Translations under genes and position numbers: made by a program
DNA from: Azolla caroliniana
Lineage: Eukaryota > Plantae > Polypodiophyta
NCBI GenBank assembly: GCA_043228905.1
Contig: JBHGNT010000151.1
Span: forward strand, 1-64,000
Direction of reading: 5' to 3'
DNA length: 64,000 bases
In this document: positions 35,696 to 48,714 of the stretch, in pieces
How positions within the stretch are numbered: position 1 is the first letter of the stretch
Layout of the letters: every line of letters begins with the position of its first letter
Notes under the pieces: generated by a model
What the model was told of the DNA's origin: nothing
Databases searched by the model: none
The model's input: the letters and a program-made list of their open reading frames with translations, nothing else

Positions 35696-36423
35696 GGAAA
35701 GTGCAAATACAGCTGGTACTTAGCCTTCGATCGCTACCAACCTCACAAGGATGTCATCAATTCGCAGGTGGTTATTAAGTAAAAAGTGTAATATAAATGG
35801 CTACCAAACCAAAGTTCTTCTTTTGAACTTTCAAGAAGGCCTGAATATTCATGGATTATTATACGATAATCTTTAATGCGGCTCAGATTGCGGAAAGAAT
35901 TGAATGCTGGAATTTCGAAATTCCGTTGGTAAAATTCAGAAGGATCATGCAAGAAGGCAATATCATCTTCTGGCCATAATCTGCGAATCCAGCAAAGCAA
36001 AGCAAAGCAGCACTTTTCTTTTCACTTTAAACCGAGCCGGCGGCAATCTTGATGAATCACTGGCAAGAAGATGCTTTGCACTTTTCTTTCCACTTTAAAG
36101 CAGCAATCTTTGAACTCGGAAATGGCACTTTTCCCTGCAAGCCTGAAACGCACGCCTTCCCCAAAAGAAAAGCGGAACCACCTAACGAGTATTTTAAACA
36201 GCAAGCATGATGAACCGGCATGTTCATCAAACCAAACAGGTTCTTCATGCATGCATGAAGGCCTTCATGATGATGAAAACCGCTTCATTGGAATGTCACC
36301 GTCTCATTGACAACACGAATGATAACGAATTGACAATATGAATAGTCACGTTAGTTTCCCATTCTTAAGCATGGATTATTATACAATAATCTTCATTTGC
36401 TTTTTTACTGTTGACAACATGTA

Positions 36424-36497
36424 GTGCGGGGGCAGGGTTTGAACCCGCAGTCTTCAGGTCATGAGCCTGACGAGTTGGCCATTTACTCCACCCCGCA
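36424..36497 (-). tRNA. trnfM-CAU: tRNA-fMet(CAU), copy 2
   Basis: Identical to 22790-22863. Confidence 0.85.
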
Positions 36498-36869
36498 AGC
36501 AAGCAAGCAATTGATCTCTCTCTAGCGAATCGGAATTTATTTTAGAAAAAAAGAAGCCAGAAAATAGATTGCCATAGCCATGGGTTCAAACCTTTCCCCG
36601 AAGCTGCCGGCCGAAATCAACCGTTGCCAGTCGTTGTGTCCAACGAAGCTACGCGTAATGACTGTCCCTACCAAAAGACAAACAAACAAAGCATTTCTAT
36701 AGGAGGTAACTGGGCCAATTCCCGCAAACCACCTATAGGTTAGGTGGCGGTGATCTATCGGCTTGTTCAATTCCCGCCGTTATCCGCTCACCCGCCTAAC
36801 GCTCCTACAAACAAAAGGGAGGGTCTCCTTAGTAATTACGTGAGGGGGCCTCCTTCCCCATCTCTTGAA

Positions 36870-38056
<1,187 letters not shown>

Positions 38057-39300
38057 ATAGAGTCAAGCTTCTGCCGAGGAGAAGTGATCGTAGTTGTGCT
38101 CTCCGAACCGTGCGGAATAGTCGCCCATTACACGGCTCTCTAACTTGACTTTATCTGGGTCTTGTTTAACCCCAGAGGCCGAAAGGAGGGTGGAAACTTC
38201 CTCACAAGTTCCCTCCTCCTTTCCTCCTTGGGGACCCACTTTGTGATTTCCTGAAGTCCACTCTCTCCTGGAGTTTGCAGAGAGGAAAATGGCTTTTCAG
38301 TTAAGTCAGGTAAAACTTGCTTGCCTTTTCGCCGAAAAAGCAATAGAAAAAAGTTATGAATACAAGAAAGAAGAAACCGCAACCGCAGCCCTGGATGATT
38401 CTTCCTGAAGTAAGTTCTAAAGAATGCCCTAACCAGATTGATTTATCCATTTCACGTAATTCGGTCGGTTACGTGTTTTTCATAGCACCTTTCATGTCGT
38501 GCCACATAAAGATGGATTACCTAAAATCAGTTGAATTCCTAAATCATGAAAACAACTTTCACACGACGGCATCAAACGGGGCAAATCATCCATCTAGGAA
38601 GAACAGGATGTGGTTCCCAAAGAATGCTTTGACACCAGTGTTTCCTTCCTGTACTCCAGTGTTTTCGGAGCATCCTAATGGTTACACAAAATGGTCAAAA
38701 CCTTAAAGACTTTGGGATTATTAGAAACGAATACTTCCCACACGTGTTCTCTAGGAGAGATTAGTCTCCCGCGAGTGCCTAAAGAATAGACAATCGACAC
38801 TTTCTTTTTCAACGAAGGGAGTCCTTCACATTCCCATAGCCCTTTCTCTCTAGCTTTCTCTTGCTATACCGTCGCCGTTGCTGTTCTCAACCCTTTCATA
38901 ATGTTACGCGGGCAGGAGAGCACTGAGGTAAAGTAACGGACGAGGGGGCACTATGATGGGTGGAAGGGGCGGGCCGGTGATTTTCAAGAGCGGATACCTA
39001 TCCCTAAACAAGGCACAAACCTTATCGACATACAGGTTCCTACTTGCTTGAAGGCCTATTAGCACAACTTTGTTGAAGATCGCCCAAAGTAGTACCTTCC
39101 TATAAATGTCAACGTCCAGTGTTCGCTCAACAATGTTATCCCTAGAATCCTCGAAAATTCATTGTCAGAAGCCCGGAAGACCCCTTGTAAGAACAGGAAC
39201 CTGCCTTAGGCAAGCTACCACTTCACTTGGCCGGCAAGCTACCTGAATCTGCCGGTTCTTCGTAATGAGGAGAGGCCGGATCTCGATTCGTGCACTTTCC
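38057..39300 (-). other. 3' portion of group II intron atp1i361g2 with possible decayed maturase sequence
   Basis: Domain V GAGAGCCGTGTAATGGGCGACTATTCCGCACGGTTC at ~38105-38140, ending CTCTAT; the upstream limit is uncertain. Confidence 0.7.
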
Positions 39301-39595
39301 TATTGCCAGGTGGCTTCCTGGCCCTACCACTTTTGTTTTCAAAGGTGCTAGTTTTTTGTTTGTTTTGTTTTTTTGGCTGGCGCTTCAGTCATGAAATGAG
39401 TAACGAATAATAATAATATTCCGGCTGCGCGCTGTACTTTTCACTAACGCTTTTCGATGAAGCGGTTCATCGTGGCATGACTCGCCGCTTTCATTAACAG
39501 AATGGCTTTCTGCTGCTGCATAGGAGCGCGAAAGCAGCACCCATGTTGGCTGGGCTGGGCTGGGCTGGGCTGGGCTGGCGAAGTCTCAACACCCG

Positions 39596-39630
<35 letters not shown>

Positions 39631-39968
39631 CCTCTATGAGCTGCAAGTACCTACCCGCATAATTTCCTTTAAGAGACCCTATTACATGACTAGGTCATTC
39701 CTTAACAGTGTGTGGAAGGTTAGAGAACCATCCACGAGGACCAGCCCGAAAAGAAAAGCTGCCTCCTGAACAAGTCACCTATAGCGTTGACGTGGACAAG
39801 CCCGGGATGCGCCCTCAGAGGCTGACCTGCGGCCGGCGGAAGAAGCGGAAAACCGCTCTTCTTTTCTTTGGCACTCTGGATCCACCTGCTAAACAAGCGG
39901 TGCTCCAGAAACCAGCAAATCGCCTACCAAAGATAGACAGGGAAAGCGTGTTCTGAAAGCAGCAGGCA

Positions 39969-40042
39969 GCACCGATAGCTCAATCGGATAGAGTACCTGG
40001 CTTCGAACCAGGTGGTTAGAGGTTCAAGTCCCCTTCGGTGCA
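39969..40042 (+). tRNA. trnR-UCG: tRNA-Arg(UCG), bacterial (chlamydial-like) type
   Basis: gcaccgatagctcaatcggatagagtacctggctTCGaaccaggtggttagaggttcaagtccccttcggtgca. Confidence 0.88.
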
Positions 40043-40690
40043 CACAAACCTTCCTTGAATGTTTCATAGAACGGTGTTGTTCTCCGGGAATTCTCGGTCG
40101 GCATGTTGGAGTGTCGGAGCCAAACCTTAATCTCATTTAAGTGGTATGGCGCTGCTAGATGACATTTGGTTCATTATCTTCTTCATACATAGAGGTAGGC
40201 AATTTCAGGCGCTACAACCCTACCTTAACCGGGCCACTTCACGTTTGGTTATTATTAACGTGAGAAATCGATAGGACCAAGTAAATTAGCGTACCATTGG
40301 TTTGCTGCTTTCTTTGAGGTCCTTTCCAATTCGTTTCTGCAAACTCCTTTCTTTTCACCTAGTGAGAGGAAAGTGCCTTAAGAAGGCATTTCAAGACGAA
40401 AGTAGGTTGGTTGTGAGCAGCTGACTATATGCGCCCCTCGCACACTGTCTTAGCATAAACTGCGGGACGGGATTCATCAAATAAATAGGGGCGGCGGCCC
40501 GGCCCGGCCCGGCCCGGCCCGGCCGGATGAAGCCGGCCAAAAGGCAGGCACAAGCCAAAGAACGACGATATCGGCCTTCATGCTTGCTTGCTTGCTTGCT
40601 TGCTTGCTGCCGTTGTATATCACCGCATGAAGGCCTAGAAATCCACATGAAGCAAGCACGATGAACCGCTTCTTCCGCATGAACCGCCTT

Positions 40691-40722
<32 letters not shown>

Positions 40723-40796
40723 ATGAAGCCGCACGGTTCAACGCCAAGGAATAAAGGCAAAGTAACCGGCCGGCTCGTAAGTAATTATTTAATTTC

Positions 40797-40869
40797 AGGA
40801 GAATAGTTCCAATGGTAGAACAATGGTCTCCAAAACCAAAGGTTAAGGGTTCGAATCCCTTTTCTCCTG
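40797..40869 (+). tRNA. trnW-CCA: tRNA-Trp(CCA), native mt type
   Basis: aggagaatagttccaatggtagaacaatggtctCCAaaacca... Confidence 0.9.
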
Positions 40870-41623
40870 ATTACCTGGCTTGGTACGAAGAGGTTGCGGG
40901 TCTCTTTACCTTGTTTTATCACCGGAATAGTCGAGACGACCTAGAATAGGCCTCTCTCCAAGTCCATACATGTCTATTGCCAGGGTTCTTCCTCATCCAT
41001 AATACTCTGCTTTCCAGATCTCGAGGATGTTGGAGTAGAACAGGCGGCATATAATTCAAAAGAACCATCGGTATCAGTACCGATGCCGTACATGGTACTA
41101 TTATGTATGTATGTATGTTAGGATACGCATCAGAGTAAAATGACGTAGCTTCGCCACTATCTAGTTGGATTTCCATTGAAACATTACCAAATTAGATTTT
41201 CCGCACCTATTTCTTTCAGAACAGCTAGCCAAGTCAGACCTTGGGCCTATCTCTATAGGTTGGTTTTTCAGATCCCATCACTCCAGGCTCAGTCGATCTT
41301 GGATCTTGCTCAATAGATCATATCTTTGGTATCTCACTGCCTGCGGTTCATCGCTGAAGGCGTTTGTTTAACTGTCTGTGCGGGGTCCATCGCTTCGCCT
41401 AGTCCTTGCACATGGTAGCACTTGGTTGCACTCATTCCTTCTTCGCATGGCTTAATGCATGCAAGAAGTATCCGTTCCGTAAAGGCAACGTTTCTCCAAG
41501 AAAGAAGAGCGAGGCATGCGGCGTTGCCGATGAAAGGCGGCGATGCCTTCCAAGCCGAGTGAGAAGAATGACTCAGACAAGAAGGCTATGAATGAGCAAT
41601 GCTTTGAATGCCGCCTTAGGATC

Positions 41624-41695
41624 CTGGAGTAAAAGGATTCGAACCTTTGCGTGTCGGTATCAAAAACCGATGCCTTACCGCTTGGCTATACTCCA
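41624..41695 (-). tRNA. trnQ-UUG: tRNA-Gln(UUG), native mt type
   Basis: tggagtatagccaagcggtaaggcatcggtttTTGataccga... Confidence 0.92.
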
Positions 41696-41798
41696 TACAG
41701 TGGTAACCAAGGAAGAGAAGCAAAGCTCAGAGAACGGAATTTGCTTGCTGGGCGCAGCAAAGTAGTGAAAGACTGGCGAGTTAGGTATGGCAAGTAAA

Positions 41799-41872
41799 TA
41801 GGCTTAGTAGGGCTCGAACCTACAATATTACCGTTATGAGCGGTACGTTTCAACCAATTAAACTATAAGCCC
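41799..41872 (-). tRNA. trnI-CAU: tRNA-Ile(CAU, lysidine type)
   Basis: gggcttatagtttaattggttgaaacgtaccgctCATaacggt... Confidence 0.9.
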
Positions 41873-41967
41873 ACTGCTGGCTGGCTGGCTGGCTGTTAGC
41901 CCTCTCAAGTAATGGAGTCGATGGATCTGTTGAGGGCAAAGCAGCCATATTTTTCTCCTTGAAAGAT

Positions 41968-42140
41968 TAAGGACATAAACTTTTCAAATAGCTACACCTG
42001 GTTCTGGACCGATTGATGTGGATACAGAAGAGCAGGATGTGCTACCCATCATGGATAGCATAGTTCGAGCAACACTGAACTGAAAGGTATGACTGAAGTG
42101 TAATCGTTTTGTTGGCAGGCAAATAGACGACATATTCCTA
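41968..42140 (-). pseudogene. atp6: degenerate atp6 3' fragment
   Basis: Aligns by eye to ~46735-46920 (ctacacctg.ttct, catggatagcat.gt.cgagcaa, catattccta) with indels. Confidence 0.7.
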
Positions 42141-43604
42141 GGGGGTTTTTTACCGATGCAGCACGCACGAAAAAATCGACTCGACTTTTCTTCGATGATT
42201 TAGACAGAGATTTCACCACCTACCACGAGTGGAATGGCAAGGTTCTGCCAGGACACCCAGCGGCAAGACAACCGTGAAAGGAAAGGCAGGGCCAAAGGAT
42301 TATCATCCATCTCAGCCAGCGCGGAAAGAAAAGAAAAGAAGAGCTCTGCTTGCTCTTTTTGACAATAATTTCGCTACTCCAGTCATGGGCAGCATTATTA
42401 CATGCATAGGGCGGACCCGAGCTCTTTTCGCTGCAGTTTTCCCTACGGCTTTCCTCCCCTCCTTTGGAAGTGTCAGCTAACTCCTGGAATCCCCCTTTCC
42501 CTCCTTCTAAGAAAACCATGCTCGGTTAGATCAGTGTGGACTGATGTTTCGTTCCACTGCTGCTGGAAAAGCCGCCAAATTCGTCACTGACTGGAGAGCG
42601 GGAACGACTCACTATCTCGTCTTATTCTCAGAGGCGAGAATGCTCTCAAATGGCTAACGGTGCTTTCAACTAAAGTTCCATTTCTTAACACAGCGAGGCT
42701 TATACTGTTTATTCGTACGACAATGCGCGACGCTCCACTATCCCATTGAAAAAGGATTCCGCAATCATTTACGTACTTAAACGCAGACTGAGTAATAGTA
42801 ATTCATGCCATTCCTCGGGCTCAGACCACAGAGCTTCCTAGGAACTGGGAAAATGCTATAAATCTGTTTAAATAGCTTCGCTTTTTGCCCTAAAAGTCGC
42901 TCTGAAAATGTCACTTAGAGTGTTTTGACTAAGGGAAACAAAACCCACTAGACGAACAGCTACTAATATTTCCTCATTATATATTATTATTCATTCCAAA
43001 CTCAAAACGCTAGAAATTGAAATAGCAAATAAAATCAATTCGCGCGTAAATCGTACTTATATTCTGTTGCTCTTCCTTGTCTGTTCTCGATATTCATGGC
43101 AGTTTCTTGGCCTTCATGCAGGCAAGCAAAAGGGCGGGCGCCACCAGCATGCATTTCTGGACTCGTGCCCGAAGAAAAGAAGCGGGCGGTAAGAAGCGGT
43201 TTTCATCATCCGGCGGGAGTGAAAAGAAAAGTTAGGTCGGGAGGTAGTGCACGCTCGCTGGTCCTGATATCAAAATTCTCGCCTTCGTGCCGTGTGTGTC
43301 TGGTTTCAATGAATTCCGCATGAAGGGGTGCGTGCGCGCAGGCAACAAGCCTGCCCTGGCAATTCCGGCCATAATCTGCGTGCGGTTTTCATCATCATGA
43401 AGGCCTTCATGATGAAAAAGGGGTTGGCGGGTTTGATGAACCGGTTGGTTTTCATCCGGATGAACCGGTTGGTTTTCATCCGGATGAACCGGCGGGTTAG
43501 CTTGCCCGTGAGGGCAGGCAGCTCTTTGTCCGCACGTATGTCGCCCGGGGAACCGGGCGGGGGATCTGCTGGATTTCTATCTAATGTGCCAATCTGTATA
43601 CGAA

Positions 43605-43677
43605 TGGAGACGATCGGACTTGAACCGATAACTTCATACTTGCAAAACATGCGTTCTACCGATTGAACTACGCCCCC
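43605..43677 (-). tRNA. trnA-UGC: tRNA-Ala(UGC)
   Basis: gggggcgtagttcaatcggtagaacgcatgtttTGCaagtatg...cgtctcca. Confidence 0.9.
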
Positions 43678-43717
43678 ATCCTCGTTCCATATGCAACACG
43701 TATCATATGGGCAAACA

Positions 43718-43762
<45 letters not shown>

Positions 43763-46646
43763 GCGGGAGGAGCTATTGTTTATACGTGCGTGCGTGCGTG
43801 CGTGCGTGCGTGCCCCCCTTTCTTCTTTTTACAGAGTTTAGGCTTTATCTAAGACATCCCGTCCTGTCGAAACTATGTCATACATAAAGGTGTGTCGTTG
43901 GCAGGTTCACTTTTGGTTTACCACTTCGATCGTATCGGCGCTAGAGAGAAGTCGCTTTCTCGAGAGCCGGCTACCTCATCATCTTGAAACTTCATTCCGC
44001 TCCTCTGGCCGCCTTACCCTGTTCTCTGCAAGAACCCCAAGGAGACGGGTTGTTGATTGCGCTTGCTTGATTGGCACCTCTAGTACGACACATCTTTCAG
44101 AATACGAGCGAATGCTCGGATCAGTAGATTCGAGCTCCTTATTCAGGAGTTGAGAAGTACGCAGGGCGGGCCTGCCGCTCGGCTATGACCTCGTTTCTTG
44201 AGCTAGAGGGGAATTTCACGAAATGGGTTGGCAAGAGCAGCAGACAGCAACTCGTATCACTCTCGTAATTCAGAGAAGAGAAAATGGGATTCGAACCCTC
44301 AACTTTTGCTCTTAGAGATCATTATTCCGGGAACCACTCTCCCAAACTAAATAGTTATTTCCCTACGTAGGAAAGTTCCAATGCGGGGTCTGGATCCAGT
44401 CGAGGCGCCGAGAGCCGCAGGCGTACCGCGTATTCTATTTACCAGTTTCTCCGGAAGGTCATGTCTGGGAACTTTGACTTGATAGTGTAGTGTGACGAGG
44501 CGAGAATTCTCGCTTTCCAAGAGAGAGTTGGTCAAACCCAACCCTAATTGCTCGGATAGCAACCAATGCACATTGCTGAGTGATAAGGTGGTTTTCCATG
44601 CTTGCTGCGAAGAGGCTTGCTTTCCTGAAAAAGCCGCTGTATACAGTGATTCTCAGACCACGCAGTATCAAAAGCTCTATCAGATATGTATAAGAAGACC
44701 CTGTTTGAGTCATTGGGTCATCCGCTGGTTCATCCTGAGTTCCTGTTCAAGAACCTTATAGCGGAGCTATATTCTCACTGTACGACAATAGAACCCTAGC
44801 GCTACTAAAGACCATCAAGGTGGTAGATGACATTAAGATGCAGTATAGTATTATGCGGGTACATCGAAACAGCAGCAGAGCCAAGGGAGTATCTTGAAAA
44901 GCAGCTGGGCTTCAAGGCCCCTAAAGAAGAGATATATAACGCGTATCATTGGGTGCCGCAAGAAAAGAAAAGAAAAGAAAAGAAGGGGATCCTATTCCTT
45001 CCTGTTGAGCACTCCTTTTTCTTGAAGAAGTGGAAAGAGAGGTTGTCCCCCCATTGTAGGAGCGAAGAAAGCTAGTAATTTTCACGCACGAAGGAAAGTC
45101 CTAGTAGATCACTACAATGTCGTAGTGACATCTTTGTGTGGGTTTGTAATCGATAAAGTGTACGGTAATTTCGATTACTTTAAACAAGCCATAAATCTTA
45201 AGATGAAACAGTGCTGCTTTCAAATTACATGTAGCGACGACAGAGCCGCTGGAGAGGAGAGGAGAGGAGAGGAGAGGAGAGGAGAAAACTATGCGTTGAC
45301 ATAAATTAGAAATCACTATTAAAATATTTTCGTGGTCTTATCTACCACTTAGGGATCCTTCAGGCCGGCCGGAGTTCACTATACTCCGGTCACCTATTAT
45401 TTTCTTTCGAGAACCAGTCCAAGCAACCTAGATATGTTTGCTATTAATTGCTGTAGTTTATTTGATCTTCAATTTTGTTGGTTGTTGGGCATAAGTACAA
45501 TACCCACGCCGAAAGTTCACGCTAACTTGCGTCCTGGACATATCGTCACGTGCTGAGATATTAAAAGAAGAGTCGGATATTGAATCATTCGGCCCTTTCT
45601 TGTGCAATCTGTCGTCTTGGCAGGATGGAGGCCTTGGACCTAGTATTTGAAAGTTTAAGGCTGTTTATTCTGTCTTTTCAGACATCATTAGGGCACTGGA
45701 AAGGGTAGTACTTGATATACGCCAGATACCGATGGTTACTGGTTCCAGTCCTCGGCTGTTCCAGACTTCGGGGCCTAATGCCTAAGGAGGACTTGGTTCA
45801 CTAGCTTTTCTTCAGGAAAATCTGGTTAGCTCGTCGAAAGACGCTAGGGGGCTCATGTCGCTACTTTTTGAACCTAGAAGCTGGTGGCCAGGTAGTTGCG
45901 AGCTGTTACGGCCGTCGGAATCTTTTTCTGACTTTTTGATTCGTAACGCCTTAAATCTCTAAATTTAGTTTAAGGAAGAAGAAGAAGAAGAAGAAGAAGA
46001 GGTTGGGCAGAAAGCAGCTTGAGCCTGTTGGTTTTTAGCTATTCGGCGTACAAATAGGCAGTGCGTGGATAGAATTGTTGTCAAAGGACTTCAACAACAA
46101 CAAGGTGCCTCGATCTCCGGAATGCCCTTATTTATTATAGGGCGTAAATAGAATAAATAGGTGGGAAACTCTCCCAGCAGCCCAGGCAAGGATCTCTCTC
46201 TCTTTTCCTAGTACCGTTATTTCCCTTCAGGTAAGGTATTCCAGAGGTATTCCGTTAGAAAGACAATCCATTTTTTATGTGATGTGACACATGATTTTTC
46301 TCATTAATTATGAAACACTCGATTCCTCTGTTATTACTTCATTTCCCACGACTATCTGTCATATTTCCCTTGATTACAAACCTATTCTTTGCTTAGCATT
46401 TAAGAGAATGTGAGATACCACCTTTCAATACAATAATTGTACAGGTTAGAGTATAAGGACAAAAATCATTTACCAATGTAGGTAAAGTGACCGCCTCAAA
46501 TCAAAAAGGTATGATGATGAAACTTACTAAAATTATTTACCAAAAAAGAAACCACCATGTAATGTAAGGTGCGATACGTAACGGCAGACGGCGTTGCAAC
46601 GAACCAATAAGCTAAGCGTGGCAGATTTGTTTGCAATATAGAAAAG

Positions 46647-46675
46647 AACGGTTTGGTGACGAAACCAAACCGTTT
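46647..46675 (-). terminator. stem-loop just 3' of atp6 (candidate mRNA 3'-end or stability signal)
   Basis: Perfect inverted repeat aacggtttggt-gacgaa-accaaaccgtt about 12 nt after the stop. Confidence 0.5.
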
Positions 46676-46686
46676 CTCTTTCCATG

Positions 46687-47439
46687 TCAATGAAGGTTTA
46701 TTGCATCATTCAAATGAATACGAATCGGGATTATAGGGACATAAGCTTATAAAATAACTACACCTGATTCTAAACCAGTTGATGCAAATACGATCGAAAG
46801 AAGAGCGAGATGTGCTAATAGCAAGATACCCCTCATGGATAGCATGGTCCGAGCAAAGCCACTCGAAATCTTGACTGAACTATAACCAGCCATCATATTA
46901 GCAAATAAACATATTCCTAAGCTTAGTGCACGAAAACGATAGAGGATTAACTCCGAAAATACTGGGAAAGGCGCTAACGGTGGAGGTACACCCGGCAGTA
47001 ATAAGAGACTGAAAGGATGAGGCCCATGTGTTTAAGACCCCACTACGATAGTTCCAAGAGAAAGAGAGAATAGAGAACCCAAAATAATAATAGAATGACT
47101 TATTACCATAAAACTATAAAGTACCATACCTTACAAATTACGAAATAATGGAAAGGTAAAAGTAACGAGGATCGGGAGAGAAGACTATTATTTCGAAACG
47201 CCACTAATTTATTCGTTCACTAGATTGGGCACGAAATCATAAGTCATCTCCACTAGGGATTACCAAGCATTCAGTACTAAGTGTCCTCCATTCGAGGTCA
47301 CCAAGTGAACTAGGAGCGGGATTAAACTGGTAGTGGGTGACATAGATGGAGAGGAATTGATAAATAAAAGATACGGATTTCCTATATGGATGGAAATCGA
47401 TAGAATAATGGCAGGTTATTCCGGTAGACTGTAAGCCGT
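46687..47439 (-). CDS. atp6: ATP synthase F0 subunit 6 (ACG start, intronless, heavily edited)
   Basis: (M)A.S..E*.AII..I.IHIGN.Y..F.NSS...NAW*SLVEM.YDFV...FRALSLGI.LFANMMAG...LNDAINLH*; 250 codons. Confidence 0.92.
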
Positions 47440-47707
47440 GATGAATTGAAGGGTTTTGTTCCAACATGCATGAAAGAGGGTTGTTCTTAACGTTTATCAA
47501 TTTTTCGGACTAGCTCTGTTGAAGAGCTCGTATGAGAGTTGGCTCAACCTAGCCCCAACAATGGCAGAATATTTCCGAGATGTCAACGAGCAAGCTGTAC
47601 CTTTATTCATTGACAACATCTTCCGCTTCGCCCAAAATCGCGGAATCAGAAGTCTCTGCTTTCTTTTTGGCAGGTAGAATGCCGATGAAAACCGCTTCTT
47701 CGGCCGT

Positions 47708-47740
<33 letters not shown>

Positions 47741-48641
47741 CGTGGGTTATCAACTGGTTCTTCCCGGCCGGCCAGGTCTCTATAGGAAAGAATTCCAGAT
47801 CAATAACTTCCATTCAAGCGCACCTGCGGATGATCTGACTGACCTAGCCCCCGCTACAACCATTTGCACACCTAGATGCTACTACTGCGCCGCTTTCGAG
47901 AAGATTAGCAGAAGAATATCTATGCGGCCCATTCATTCGTCTTCATGAGGCGGTGAGGGCCAAAAAAAAAGCCAAGACAGCTTCGGAGCGAACTCTGTTA
48001 CCAGAGCCGAGAACAGCTTTAGACAATTCCGTCAGGCACCACGAAGGGCTGGCTTGAGAAGTATCGCAAGACTTGACTTTCTGCGCCCTACTCTCAATGA
48101 GTCAAACTCTCCGTATCCATTACTCTTTTACAATCGATTATTTGATAGATCTGGAATGTGATGAGATACACTCTAATCATCTCATAGGACCGCCCCGATG
48201 AAAACCAGCAGACCTAATCACCTTACGATGGTTAGCGGAATTCTCTCTCGGTAAATTGGGTCAATGAGACCATCGGCGTTCGTTTCAGAATCGGATAGTT
48301 ACACGTCCCACATCCACTAGTCGCCGGGCCACCGAACATTGCTTCAACCATAAGGCAGCCAGAAAATTGGACCTTTAGTTTAGTTAGGTTTTCATCGCTT
48401 TCCGCACGCCTGGTAGAAAGCGGGTCGACCTTCCCCCCATTTACTTTATTTCATAGAAGCAATAGCGGCATGTATAGTGCTCGGTCTATCTAATTTGTAT
48501 CGGAACGAAAGCAGCAGCAATGAACCGCTTCATCCGCGAGTCTTCCATCGACAAAGGACTGGCTCTGGCTCACGACGAATGCAAGCTGGAAAACACGGAA
48601 CTCGGTACTTGGTTAGTGAAACCATGCATGAAAAATCAAGT

Positions 48642-48714
48642 TACCTACTACTGGATTCGAACCAATGACTTTCGCCGTATGAAAGCGATACTCTAACCCC
48701 TGAGTTAAGTAGGT
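48642..48714 (-). tRNA. trnM-CAU: plastid-type tRNA-Met(CAU), copy 2
   Basis: Repeat copy. Confidence 0.88.

Noticed and set aside
40910-41400. Possible plastid chlB-like remnant
   Set aside because: No convincing conserved motif.
44270-44345. trnS-like fragment (gggattcgaaccctc)
   Set aside because: Only the T arm and acceptor traces remain.
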